Below the pieces are notes generated by a model, which searched no databases, had not been told where the DNA came from, and saw only the letters and a list, made by a program, of their open reading frames with translations. Positions 1-9,651 of a DNA stretch of 64,000 bases are shown piece by piece (position 1 is the first letter of the stretch; the number at the start of each line of letters is the position of its first letter). Source of the stretch: an uncultured Solirubrobacterales bacterium (GTDB lineage Bacteria; Actinomycetota; Thermoleophilia; Solirubrobacterales; Solirubrobacteraceae). Made by a program: the position numbers and the translations under genes. The stretch lies in NCBI GenBank assembly GCA_963731435.1, contig CAVSVF010000005.1, positions 25,526 to 89,525 of the forward strand, read 5' to 3'.

Positions 1-874
1 GGAACATCGGGTCGCGCGCCCGTCGTTCGATCACCGCAAAGGCGATCAGCGAGGCGACGCCGCCCGCCAGCAGCAGGACGACTCGAGTGCTGGTCCAGCC
101 GGTGGGGTTCCCCCCGGCCGGCCGGATGCCGTAGGTGATCGCCACCATGATCAGGATCAGTCCGAGCGCGAAGGTGAGGTTGCCCGGCCAGTCAACGCGC
201 GTACGCCGCGGAGTGCTCAGCTCCCGCAGCTTCAGGTAGGCCCACACCGTCCCGAACAGCCCGACAGGCACGGAGATCAGGAACACCATTCGCCAGCTGA
301 TCGGCGCCAGCAGGCCGCCCAGCACCAGACCGACGAACAATCCGGACACGCCGACGATGTTGTTGATCCCGAGGGCCGTCCCCCGCTGGTTCGCAGGGAA
401 GGCGTCGGTGAGGATCGCTGCAGAGTTGGCCATCAGGCAGGCGCCGCCGATCCCCTGCACGATCCGAAAGACGATCAGGTAGGTCGCGCCGGCGCGGCCG
501 TGCAGCCAGTCGATGGTCAGCAGCAGCGAGGCGACGGTGTAGATGACGAAGCCGAGGTTGTAGATCCGCACCCGCCCGAACATGTCGCCGAGCCGGCCGA
601 GCGAGACGATCAGGACGCTGGAGACGACCAGGTAGCCGAGCACCATCCACAGCAGGTAGAAGCTGTTTCCGGCCACCAGGGGGTCGAGCCCTATCCCCCG
701 GAAGATGGCGGGCATCGCGATCAGCGTGATCGAGGCGTCAAGGGTGGCCAGGAGCACCGCCAGGGTGGTGTTGGAGAGGACGACCCACTTGTATGAGTCC
801 GGCCGGTCGCCGTTACTGGCCGCCGCTGCGCCGAAGCCGTTGACCCTGGAACGGATGGCGGTGGAGAAGGCCAC
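1..874 (-). CDS. MFS transporter, DHA2/EmrB-QacA-like (3' end outside the window)
   Basis: Manual translation of the minus strand from GTG 874: YKWVVLSNTTLAVLLATLDASITLIAMP...GRLGDMFGRVRIY (MFS motif A), multiple TM helices. Absent from the ORF track because no stop lies in the window. Confidence 0.9.
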   Translation of the reverse strand, partial: MAFSTAIRSRVNGFGAAAASNGDRPDSYKWVVLSNTTLAVLLATLDASITLIAMPAIFRGIGLDPLVAGNSFYLLWMVLGYLVVSSVLIVSLGRLGDMFGRVRIYNLGFVIYTVASLLLTIDWLHGRAGATYLIVFRIVQGIGGACLMANSAAILTDAFPANQRGTALGINNIVGVSGLFVGLVLGGLLAPISWRMVFLISVPVGLFGTVWAYLKLRELSTPRRTRVDWPGNLTFALGLILIMVAITYGIRPAGGNPTGWTSTRVVLLLAGGVASLIAFAVIERRARDPMF

Positions 875-883
875 TGACGGCGT

Positions 884-914
884 AGTTTAGAAGGTAAACT
901 TGGCAGTCTGCCTT
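884..914. promoter_or_regulatory. Probable MarR operator(s) between divergent MFS and marR
   Basis: AT-rich inverted repeat AGTTTA-N5-TAAACT (884-900) followed by GGCAG-T-CTGCC; TATAGT -10 lies 7 nt before the marR GTG. Confidence 0.6.
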
Positions 915-936
915 CCGGGATCGTATAGTCGGCGAG

Positions 937-1362
937 GTGGCCATCGGGACCGATACCGGCGTCCTCGCGTCTGAGCTGCGGGTGGTACTGGGGCGGGTCG
1001 TTCGCCGCCTTCGCACCGAGCACCGCTTTCCGTTGACCCACGGTGCGGTGCTCGGCAGGCTGGATCGTGAGGGGTCTCAGAGCACGGTGGAGCTGGCGGC
1101 GGCAGAGCGCGTCCGGCCGCAATCGATGGGCCAGGTGGTGGCCGAGCTGGAGGGGGGAGGACTGATCCTCCGCCGCCCCGATGAAGCGGATCGCCGCCGC
1201 ACCCTGATCGAGATCACCGACCACGGGCGCACCGTCCTGGCCGAGGACCGCCTGCGCCGCGAGGGGTGGCTGGCCGAAGCGATCGAGACCGACTTCTCGG
1301 CGGCCGAGCAGAAGGTGCTCAGGCGGGCGATCCCGTTGCTCGACCGGCTGGCCGGGGCCTGA
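937..1362 (+). CDS. MarR family transcriptional regulator
   Basis: 141 aa; ELAAAERVRPQSMGQVVAELE...RRPDEADRRRTLIEIT winged helix; divergent from the MFS gene. Confidence 0.93.
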   Translation: MAIGTDTGVLASELRVVLGRVVRRLRTEHRFPLTHGAVLGRLDREGSQSTVELAAAERVRPQSMGQVVAELEGGGLILRRPDEADRRRTLIEITDHGRTVLAEDRLRREGWLAEAIETDFSAAEQKVLRRAIPLLDRLAGA

Positions 1363-1375
1363 GGCGAACCTAGGG

Positions 1376-3056
1376 CTAGATCCGCGCGCGGCGCCGGCTG
1401 TGGTGGCCGGGGGACCGGCCTGCGGGGGTGAGGACCGGCCGTGCTGGTGGCTGCTTGACGAACAGGAATCCGCGTACTGGGACCCCGCTGGTGAACACGT
1501 CGGGCCCCTCCACCCTGATCAACCGCAGCGACGGGTCGTGCTCCAGCGCGTGGACCCAGCGCAGGCTGTCGCGCTGGATCAGCTGCATCCACAGCGGAAC
1601 CTTGGGGAGGTCCAGCGGGATCACCAGCAGCAGATGCTGGCCGCTGGTCACGGAGTTGACCATCGGCGTCAGCGTCCGCCTCACCGAGGCGTGCTCCATG
1701 CGTGTGAGCGCGTTGCGCCAGTCGACGATATGGGGGTCCGGAACTGGACCGAGCGTCGTCCCGAACCGGGTCACGCGAGGGAGGTAGTAGGAGAGAGTTG
1801 GCACCTGCTCCGGCTGGGTCGAGACGATGAGCGAGCCCGGCCCCATGTCCGGCCGAACGTTCGCGGCCACGAGGGCAGCGTTGCTCTTGTAGTAACGCCT
1901 GGTGGGGATCGGGTCAAGCACCCAGAAGCACGCCAGCAGGACCAGACCGACGATGCCCATGCGTCCGGCGCGAGTCAGCCCCAGTGCGGTCAGCAGCATC
2001 AGCGGGCCGACGGTCACTGCGAGGTAGCGGTCCGCCCAGGCAGGGCTGATCTTCGAGTAGGCAAACGCCAGCAGCAGTGTTCCGAACCCGAGCGTCAGCA
2101 GGCACAGAACCGAGAGCAGCTCGCGTGCGCGCGGAGGCTGGAGCCGGCGGAGGGCGAACAGCCCGCTGCCCCCGGCAAGCAGGATCACCATCGCCGCACC
2201 ACGGCCTCCGACGATCGCGTAGGCCCCCTGGGTGACTGACCAGAACACCGGCGCCGCGTCCCACGGCGCTCCGGTGTGCTTGGCCTGGTAGATCAGGGTG
2301 GGTAGCCAGGGCAGGTAGAGCAGCGCGACCGCCCCATATCCGATGGCGGCGTCGCGCCACAACGCTCTGCGCTCTGGCCGGGGAAGCTGACGCAGACAGA
2401 CGAGGAACGCAAGGACGCTCATCAAGCGCCAGGAACAGCGCCCAGTTGTGGCTGTAGAGCGCGGCGGTCAGCGACAGCGCGAATACCGGCAGGTAGCGGC
2501 GGCGGTGGAATACGAACACTTGCACGAACGAGCCGGCGACCAGCACCCCGAGCAAGGTGACCAGCGCATACATCCGCGTCTCGTCGGCGTACTGGGTGAG
2601 GTAGGGAACCCCGGCGGCCAGCCCCGCGCAGACCAGGCCGATGCGGCGCCCGAACAGGCTGGCCCCAGCCCAGTAGGCGGCCGGGATCGTCAGGATCGCG
2701 AAGATCACCGACAGCTCGTGCGTGGCCACCTCTCCCTTGCCGCGCAGCGACATCCACACGTGCAGGATCAGGTAGTACAGCGGGGGCGAACCGTCCTGGC
2801 GCAGCAGCGAGGGGATATGGCGCAGTGGATGGGAGGCGATCCCCACCGACAGCCCCTCGTCCACCCAGTAGAACATGTGCAGGTTGCGGATCCGCAGCAG
2901 CAGCGAGACGACCATCAGTGCGCCGAGGATCAGCAGCGCCACCGTCCGCGACAGGCGCAACGACCCGATTGACGGCAGGCGCCGCCGGCGGGAGGGACTC
3001 GGTTGTAGATCGGCCGGCGGTTGCTCCGGCACCTGGGGGATCGTCTCTACTGACAT
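1376..3056 (-). CDS. Glycosyltransferase family 39 / ArnT-PMT-like membrane protein (one frameshift near 2425)
   Basis: YWVDEGLS...DGSPPLYY...YADETRMYAL and LYLPWLPT...RYL motifs across ORFs 1914..3056 and 1376..2425. Confidence 0.85.
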
Positions 3057-3286
3057 GAAGGAATGGCCCGCTAGCTGAGGAGGTGGACTCAGTGCGGCTC
3101 GTTGCTCAGGCGGAGCCGCTCAAACCCTCGACAAGCAGGATAAGTATGCACGGTTAATCGGCCGACAGGGCGGCCCGCGAGCGACTCCTAACCAAAAGTA
3201 CGCAGGCGGACACCGGGGGTTACCGGCCTGTGGTCCGCTTGGGCTCTGGCGGCGCGTCTGGAGCACCGGGGTACCATCGGCCGCCC

Positions 3287-3359
<73 letters not shown>

Positions 3360-3427
3360 CTGCAACCCGCCCCAGCCACAGCCAAGATCGTAGAAACGCA
3401 GAGAGCGATGCCCATTCCGTCGGCACG

Positions 3428-4712
3428 ATGACCGAAACGCCATGGATCGTCGCACTGGGCGGCAACGGGCTCAACGCCGGGCTTCAGGTGGTTGCTCGCC
3501 GGCGCGGCGCACGTCTCGTAGTCGTCGATTGGAACGACCGGCCGCCGTTGACAGGCGACCGTCACCTCCAGCTCGACATCAAGGACTCGGACCGGGTCGT
3601 GGAGGCGCTTGCGCCGCTTGTGGACCGGCTGTTGTTCGCGTACACGTCGTCGGATGTCGCGACCGAAACGGTCGCTCGCCTCCACGCGGCGCATGGACTC
3701 CTGCGACCCGCAGCAGGAGCGCTCGCGGTTGCGCGTCACAAGCCGACGATGAACGCGATCTGGGCCGGTCACGGCTTGCTGCCCAAGTCCTTCCGCGCAT
3801 GCGCCAGCCTCGGCGACGTGACCGACTTCCATCGGAGCAACGGATGCGACTCGATCATCAAGCCGGCGGCTGCTGCCAGCTCCCGGGGCGTCACGGTCAT
3901 CAGGTCGGGCGACTGCGACGAGGCGCTCTCACGGGCTTGGGCCCGAGCGCATGACAATGACCCGACCGGCGAGGTCATCGCGGAGGAGTTCGTTCACGGG
4001 ACAGAGTTCACCGTCGAGATGATTGGCGACTGCGAAGGGCACGTCCAGGTGCACGCGGTTTCACGCAAATACCATTCCGCCAACGCCGGGCGCAACCGCG
4101 TCGCGACCAAGCTTCACTACAACCCTCCGGATGTGTCGCGCGCGCGAACGCTCAGGATCGCCAGCTGCGCTCGCCGCTGCTTTCAGGCGCTCGGGTTGCG
4201 GACGTCCCTCGGCCACCTCGAGCTGATCGAGCGCCCGGACGGACAGCTCGTCCCACTTGAACTCGCGCGCTCGCTCCAGCGGGTTCGTATCAACCCACCT
4301 CGTGGACGCGGTTACGTGCTCTGACCGTACGTTTCTGGGTGTTTACGAGGCAGTGCTGCGAGGGGAGCTCGTGACCGACACGATGGTGCCGCCTCGGCGC
4401 TCTTCGATGTGGTTCTCCTATGACTTCCCCGACGGCGTCGGCAGCCGCTCCGGGACGAACCTGATGCAGTTCATGCCGCCCGGAATCGAGTCGGTGGCGT
4501 ACGACCGGTCGAAGTTGATTGGCGGCGCGCGCTTCGGAGAGATTGACGGTGACGCCGAGCGACACGGTTTCGAGATCCTCGTCGGAGACGCCGGGGCCCT
4601 CACCATCGAGGCCGTCGCTCGAGCAGAATCCGCCCACAGGCGGGAGTTCCTGGACATGCGGCAAGGGCATGCCGGCGGCTCGGCATCCGCGACGATGGCG
4701 GGCGCTGCGTGA
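3428..4712 (+). CDS. ATP-grasp domain protein (frameshift near 4265)
   Basis: IIKPAAAASSRGV, EEFVHGTEFTVE, GHLELI..ELA(A)RSSG motifs; joins ORFs 3230..4324 and 4257..4712; ATG at 3428. Confidence 0.8.
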
Positions 4713-5398
4713 CCGGGGAGGAGCGGCCACGCTTTCACGATGCCCATTGCCATCAGCCGGGCGAAGCCGCGGGAGGATTCGTGATCGCACTCGAGGGGCT
4801 ACCTGTGTTCCCCGGCACGCTCACCAACCCCGACGTGATGCGGCTCCACGATCCGGGTCGAAAGCTGATCGCGATCCCGTACGCACGGGCCGGATCCGAG
4901 CTGGAAGGAGCGAGGGTCAAGTACCACCCACGATTCGAGGGTTACGAGCCCGGGTGGATCCACGCCGACATCGGACGCTTCGGGCGGCGTCTGGTGCTGA
5001 TCGACACACTCAACGCCGTCAGGTGGTCACCGCGGGCCTACCTGGAGCTGGCGCGCGCACATCCGGAAGTGGAGTTCGTGATGTGCCATGCGGGCGGATA
5101 CGACATCGTCGAGTTCGTGAAGATGTGCCGCTTTCTGAAGAACGTGTGGATCGACTTCTCGGTTACGCAGCACGAGTTCGGATGGGTTTCCGGTGAACGC
5201 AGTCCGTCCTACGTCGGAGATGTCATCGATCACGCGCTAGGCGAGCGGCGTATCGCGCCCAAGGTCCTGTTCGGGTCAGACTTTCCGCTGCTCGGGCAGA
5301 CCGATGCGGTGGAACGGATCGTTGAAGCGGTCGAGGATCCGGAGCCGTTTCTGATCTCGAACTTTGAGCGGTTGCTGGACTCCGCTGCAATCGGGTGA
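4709..5398 (+). CDS. Amidohydrolase_2 / TatD-like metal-dependent hydrolase
   Basis: DAHCH, KYHP, CHAGG, VWIDFS, LFGSDFP; overlaps the upstream stop (GTGA). Confidence 0.85.
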   Translation: MTGEERPRFHDAHCHQPGEAAGGFVIALEGLPVFPGTLTNPDVMRLHDPGRKLIAIPYARAGSELEGARVKYHPRFEGYEPGWIHADIGRFGRRLVLIDTLNAVRWSPRAYLELARAHPEVEFVMCHAGGYDIVEFVKMCRFLKNVWIDFSVTQHEFGWVSGERSPSYVGDVIDHALGERRIAPKVLFGSDFPLLGQTDAVERIVEAVEDPEPFLISNFERLLDSAAIG

Positions 5399-5428
5399 GA
5401 GCGACTTTCGTCGAGTCGCGCGGACGGA

Positions 5429-5860
5429 TCACCTGCGGCTCAGCAGCTCGAGGAACTCGCGGCGGTCATGCACGTACTCATCATTCTGATACGGGCCCGA
5501 CGCGAGCACAAGACAGAGTGCGTCGGGGGAGAAGCTGTCGAGGTGGTGAAACACCATCGGCGCCAATAGGAGGCCGGTATCCGGCGAGTCCAGCACGTAG
5601 GTGCTGCGGGCAGCGCCGTCGTCGCAATGGACGGTGAACGAGCCACGGGCTGCCACGAGCAGCTCGTGCTGCTCGCGATGCGCGTGATGAGCGCGCTCGC
5701 CATGGGCGGGTACGTCGAAGATCCAGTACACGCGCTGGATCTCGAACGCGACGTGTCGCGCGACCTGCGCCACGCAAAGCGTGCCGCGCTGTTCGCTGAC
5801 CCGACCCAGCGGCACGAGTTGGCAGCGACCCGCAGTCGATGATGGGATGCGGATTGACAT
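5429..5860 (-). CDS. FdtA/QdtA (WxcM-like) cupin, sugar 3,4-ketoisomerase family
   Basis: FEIQRVYWIFDVP...RAHHAH...LVLASGPY..DEY; ATG at 5860. Confidence 0.88.
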   Translation of the reverse strand: MSIRIPSSTAGRCQLVPLGRVSEQRGTLCVAQVARHVAFEIQRVYWIFDVPAHGERAHHAHREQHELLVAARGSFTVHCDDGAARSTYVLDSPDTGLLLAPMVFHHLDSFSPDALCLVLASGPYQNDEYVHDRREFLELLSRR

Positions 5861-5889
5861 GACGTCAGCTTCTGGAGACGTCCGCTTCG

Positions 5890-6597
5890 CTACCCGGACC
5901 GGGGTTCGATCAGCAGTGCGCGCCCAAACGCCAGAGGCTCGCCGGTGAGGGAGAGCACTGCCGCTCCGGCCCGCCGCTTGCGCCCTTCGGTCTCGATCGG
6001 CCAGGCACTGACGACGTACTCCTGCCCCGGAGCGATCGGGGCGCTGAGTTGCGCGGTGAGGCCCGCCAGGACGCCACCACCCAACTCGCTGTTCATGTAG
6101 GTCGCAAAGTACGTCGGACAGTCCAGCACAGCCCACACCAGCTCCGGCCTAACCGCTCCGGTTGGCCCGGCCGTCCACAAGGGTGGGATCCACGGCGATG
6201 CGACGATCTGGCGATCGCTGACCGCGCCGGCGAACACCCCGAACGCGTCGACCCGGGCGCGGCCACAGACGAAGCATCGACTGAAGGGCCCCTCGTCCAG
6301 CCCCCTGTAGGCCTCGGCGGCCTGGCGCGCCTCTTGCAGTCCGACAGGCTCAGGCAGCTCGAGGTTGAGGTCATAGACCGGACGCCCCGTGGCGACGAGC
6401 GTCTCGCCGTCGACCAGCTGCACGGAACCATCGCCGCTGCGCACCACATCGAGCCGGGTGTCAAGCGGTACGGGGCTTCTCAGACTGACTTCGGCGGTTC
6501 CGCCTACGAAGCCGGCCACGAGGCCGGAGGAGTATCCGCCGTTGCCGCTCTCCAGTGGCCCATTGAATCGGCGCGGTACTACGACCGACTCGGACAT
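5890..6597 (-). CDS. Double hot-dog fold (thioesterase-like) protein
   Basis: RFNGPLESGNGGY, CFVCG, WAVLDCP, EGRKRRAGAA: conserved actinobacterial hot-dog family pattern. Confidence 0.7.
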   Translation of the reverse strand: MSESVVVPRRFNGPLESGNGGYSSGLVAGFVGGTAEVSLRSPVPLDTRLDVVRSGDGSVQLVDGETLVATGRPVYDLNLELPEPVGLQEARQAAEAYRGLDEGPFSRCFVCGRARVDAFGVFAGAVSDRQIVASPWIPPLWTAGPTGAVRPELVWAVLDCPTYFATYMNSELGGGVLAGLTAQLSAPIAPGQEYVVSAWPIETEGRKRRAGAAVLSLTGEPLAFGRALLIEPRSG

Positions 6598-6738
6598 CGG
6601 CCGACTATGGCACGGCGTCGGTCGGCGGTCCAGATTCCGTCCCGCTCAGCGGGGTGGTGTGGCAATGCCGGTGCGATAGGCGTAGTTGATCGCCTGCGCG
6701 CGGTCTGCGTTCTTCAGCGAAATCCCCGGGTGATCTGG

Positions 6739-7119
6739 TCAGCGCTCAAGTATTGCCACCAGCCCCAGGCTCACGAGCGCCGAACCGCCGCCAACGGCAA
6801 GGGTCGCCGGGAATGCCCCTTCGGGAAGCTGTTCGCGGCCGGCAGCGGTCGCCATCACATCGGTGAGATCCCCCACGACGCTGCCCAGCAGCCATGGCGT
6901 GAGTCGGGTGCCTCGGAGCGCGGCGATCACTGCGCCGGTGTGCAGTACGACCTCACGGGCGCCGAGCGCGCGCAGCGGGATCTGAGTGGGGGCAGCTCCG
7001 GCCGGCAGACCGAGCCATCGGCTCGCCAGCCGGGTCGGCGCCAGCACCAGGCCGGCGCCGTAAGCCACCCGCAGAGCGAGCACCGCCACCGTCGTCCTGC
7101 GCTTGATCGGCCCGCTCAT
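6739..7119 (-). CDS. Small membrane protein (DUF4267-like)
   Basis: 126 aa, 4 hydrophobic segments, RALGARE..L motif. Confidence 0.6.
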   Translation of the reverse strand: MSGPIKRRTTVAVLALRVAYGAGLVLAPTRLASRWLGLPAGAAPTQIPLRALGAREVVLHTGAVIAALRGTRLTPWLLGSVVGDLTDVMATAAGREQLPEGAFPATLAVGGGSALVSLGLVAILER

Positions 7120-7133
7120 TCAAACCTGCCCTT

Positions 7134-7346
7134 CTACTCGTGACGAGCCACTGAATCGCCGATCAGCCACAGCGTCGGCGGCCACAGCCCGACGAACAGC
7201 GCGCGGCGCTCGGCATTCCCGCGCTCGTCCTGATCGACCGTCTTGGCGCGGATCCAGAGACCTGTGCACAGACCCACTGAGCCGAGCGAGAGGATCTGCA
7301 TGTGCCAGGACCGCACTCCGCAGCGAAACAGGAACTTGATCAGCAT
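7134..7346 (-). CDS. Small membrane protein
   Basis: 70 aa from ATG 7346, two hydrophobic segments, AERRALFVGLWPPT; GGGTAC -10 just upstream. Confidence 0.65.
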   Translation of the reverse strand: MLIKFLFRCGVRSWHMQILSLGSVGLCTGLWIRAKTVDQDERGNAERRALFVGLWPPTLWLIGDSVARHE

Positions 7347-7408
7347 CGACCGTCGTGGTACCCGGAAAGCCGTGATCAAAGCGCAGACCGTTGGGTACCC
7401 TCGCCACC

Positions 7409-8122
7409 ATGCCTCGCCGCCCCAGCGCCGCCAGCCGGTGGCTCACCGCTCTCACCTGGCCGGCGGGAGTCACGCTGACCTCATGGAACTACATGTGGCG
7501 CACGACGGTGATGCACCGTCGCGAGGTGCCCGAGCAACCGTCGCCCCGCCACCGGCCGCCTGCGTTCCCGACCGGCGTCGAGCACGCCGAGCTACAGAGC
7601 GCCGAGACCGGTTGGGGGCCGCTGTTTCACCGCCGCTACCGGACGCGAATCCGGGAGACCCCACTCGACGCTCCGTCGCTGATGCTGAGGCTCTCGGGCG
7701 ACCTCAACCAGGCCGCGCCCACCAAGCTCGCGCGCTTCGCGAAGGTGCTCGGCGAGCCCGGCGAGCTGAAGGTCGGCGACGAGTACGTGGTCCGCATGCC
7801 CGGCCCGTGGGACGGTCCGGTGCGCGTGATCGCCACCGACGAGCATTCCTTTCGACTGGCCACGCTGCGGGGTCACCTCGAGGCAGGGCAGATCGAGTTC
7901 CGGACGCTGCCCGATGACCCCATCGGGTTCGAGATCGAGTCGTGGGCGCGCAGCGGCGACCGCCTCTCCAATGTCCTGTACCACCGGCTTCGTATGGCCA
8001 AGGAGATCCAGCTGCACATGTGGATCTCATTCCTGGAGGGCGTCGTGGCGCTGGCGGGCGGCCGGATGACCGGCGGGATCGATATCGATACGCGCCGGGT
8101 CGACGACCCCTATCCGGCATGA
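7409..8122 (+). CDS. DUF1990-like protein
   Basis: GPVRVI...FRLATLRGHLEAGQIEF...FEIESWAR; ATG at 7409. Confidence 0.75.
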   Translation: MPRRPSAASRWLTALTWPAGVTLTSWNYMWRTTVMHRREVPEQPSPRHRPPAFPTGVEHAELQSAETGWGPLFHRRYRTRIRETPLDAPSLMLRLSGDLNQAAPTKLARFAKVLGEPGELKVGDEYVVRMPGPWDGPVRVIATDEHSFRLATLRGHLEAGQIEFRTLPDDPIGFEIESWARSGDRLSNVLYHRLRMAKEIQLHMWISFLEGVVALAGGRMTGGIDIDTRRVDDPYPA

Positions 8123-8880
8123 ACGACGCCCTGCGCCGGCGCTTGGACGAGCTCGCCGCCAAGCCCGTCAACTACGACGCCGCGACCGTCGATCCCGTCG
8201 ACCCGCCGCCCGGCTGGAACGTGGATGACCGCTGTCAGCCGCTGCCCTCCGAGTCCCCGGGCGAGCCTGAGCCCGAGGGCAGCTGGGAGATCGCGCGGCG
8301 TCTGATCCGCGGCTACGAGTTCGCCGACCCCTCGCTGGTGCGGGCGTTCTATGACCCCGAGCACCCGCTGGAGGGACGGGAGATGCTGCTCGAGCTGCGT
8401 GCGCTTGGCCTGGTCAGAATCCACGTCGGGGTGCGCGTGGTCCACGTCTACGACGAGGTCCGCGCCCGCGGCGGCCGGCGCGCTCGGGTGTTCGGCTGGG
8501 CCTACCGGACGCTCGAGGGCCACGTTGAGCAGGGTCAGATGGACTGGCAGGTCTGGAAGTGGATCGACAGCGGCGAGGTCCAGTTCCGCGTGCACGCGGT
8601 CTCACGCACCGCCGCCATCCCCAATCCGGTGATCCGGCTCGGCTTCTGGCTGCTGCGTGACCACGAGCGGACGCTGTTCCTGGACAGCACCAACCGGCGA
8701 ATGAAGTCGCTGACTGAGATCAGCCTTCGGCGCGAGCGCGTCGGCGAGGCCGTGCGTGAGGCCAGCTCCGCACTCACCGTCCGGCGGCTGGCCGGCGACG
8801 ATCCGGCTCATGAGCGGCTGGCGCGTCAGGTGGAGGATGATCAGAAGGGGGCGGGCGGGGACGCGCGGCGCGCGAGTTAG
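8119..8880 (+). CDS. DUF1990 family protein
   Basis: FGWAYRTLEGHVEQGQ..W.V...GEV.F...A.SR; ATGA overlap with the upstream gene. Confidence 0.75.
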   Translation: MNDALRRRLDELAAKPVNYDAATVDPVDPPPGWNVDDRCQPLPSESPGEPEPEGSWEIARRLIRGYEFADPSLVRAFYDPEHPLEGREMLLELRALGLVRIHVGVRVVHVYDEVRARGGRRARVFGWAYRTLEGHVEQGQMDWQVWKWIDSGEVQFRVHAVSRTAAIPNPVIRLGFWLLRDHERTLFLDSTNRRMKSLTEISLRRERVGEAVREASSALTVRRLAGDDPAHERLARQVEDDQKGAGGDARRAS

Positions 8881-9527
8881 CCGCCCATTCCCCCGAAGAC
8901 CGAGAACGGGTTCCACCCCAGCTCGTCCTCGACTGCGAAAGCTGTCCCCTCGACCTTCACCGAAACCACGCCGGGGGCGCGAACCGAGACACCGTTGGCC
9001 AGCTCCTGAGCTGCGTCCTCGTCCAGCGCTCCGATCAACACGTAGTGCGAGCGCCGAACGTTCGCGGTGCCGCTACCGCGAAGCTGCTCCGAGAGAGCTC
9101 GTGCCTCCTTGCGGGAAGCGCATTCCACCCGCACCTCGTACTCGGGGAAGCCGCGCTCCCGACTTTCCTGCTGCTCGGAGCTGATCAACGTCTGGTGCTC
9201 CTGCTCGGGATCGACCGGCTGCTCGGGAAGCTCCCAGGATTCGCTGACCTCATGCCAGCGCCGCAGCTCGGAGCGAACCTCGACGTCTGAATCTGCCGCG
9301 ATTTGAGAGATCACTCGCTGGACCTCGTCGGCCTGGGCCGGGGAGCTCATGTAGCAGAACACCTTGTGCCCCTCGCGCGAAACGGCGATCCGATTCTCCA
9401 GCGAGCGTTCGAGCGCGTGCTCGATCCGGGTCGCCTCGATCCGCTCCACCAGTCCGGCAGCAGCGCCCTCCTCGTCCACCTCGACCTGCAGCCGCCAGTC
9501 CTCGCCGTCGTTGAGGCTCACCATCAT
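8877..9527 (-). CDS. Hypothetical protein
   Basis: 216 aa acidic ORF with typical GC-rich codon use; ends FGGMGG. Confidence 0.65.
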   Translation of the reverse strand: MMVSLNDGEDWRLQVEVDEEGAAAGLVERIEATRIEHALERSLENRIAVSREGHKVFCYMSSPAQADEVQRVISQIAADSDVEVRSELRRWHEVSESWELPEQPVDPEQEHQTLISSEQQESRERGFPEYEVRVECASRKEARALSEQLRGSGTANVRRSHYVLIGALDEDAAQELANGVSVRAPGVVSVKVEGTAFAVEDELGWNPFSVFGGMGG

Positions 9528-9651
9528 CGAGGCACATCTTCTCGCATCTCATGTCAGACCGCGGCTTCCGGCGCTGGCCACGGACATAATGTGACGCGTC
9601 GCGGGCGCGGCCCCCAGCCAACCGAGCGCCGGCGCGCCGCCGAACCATCCG

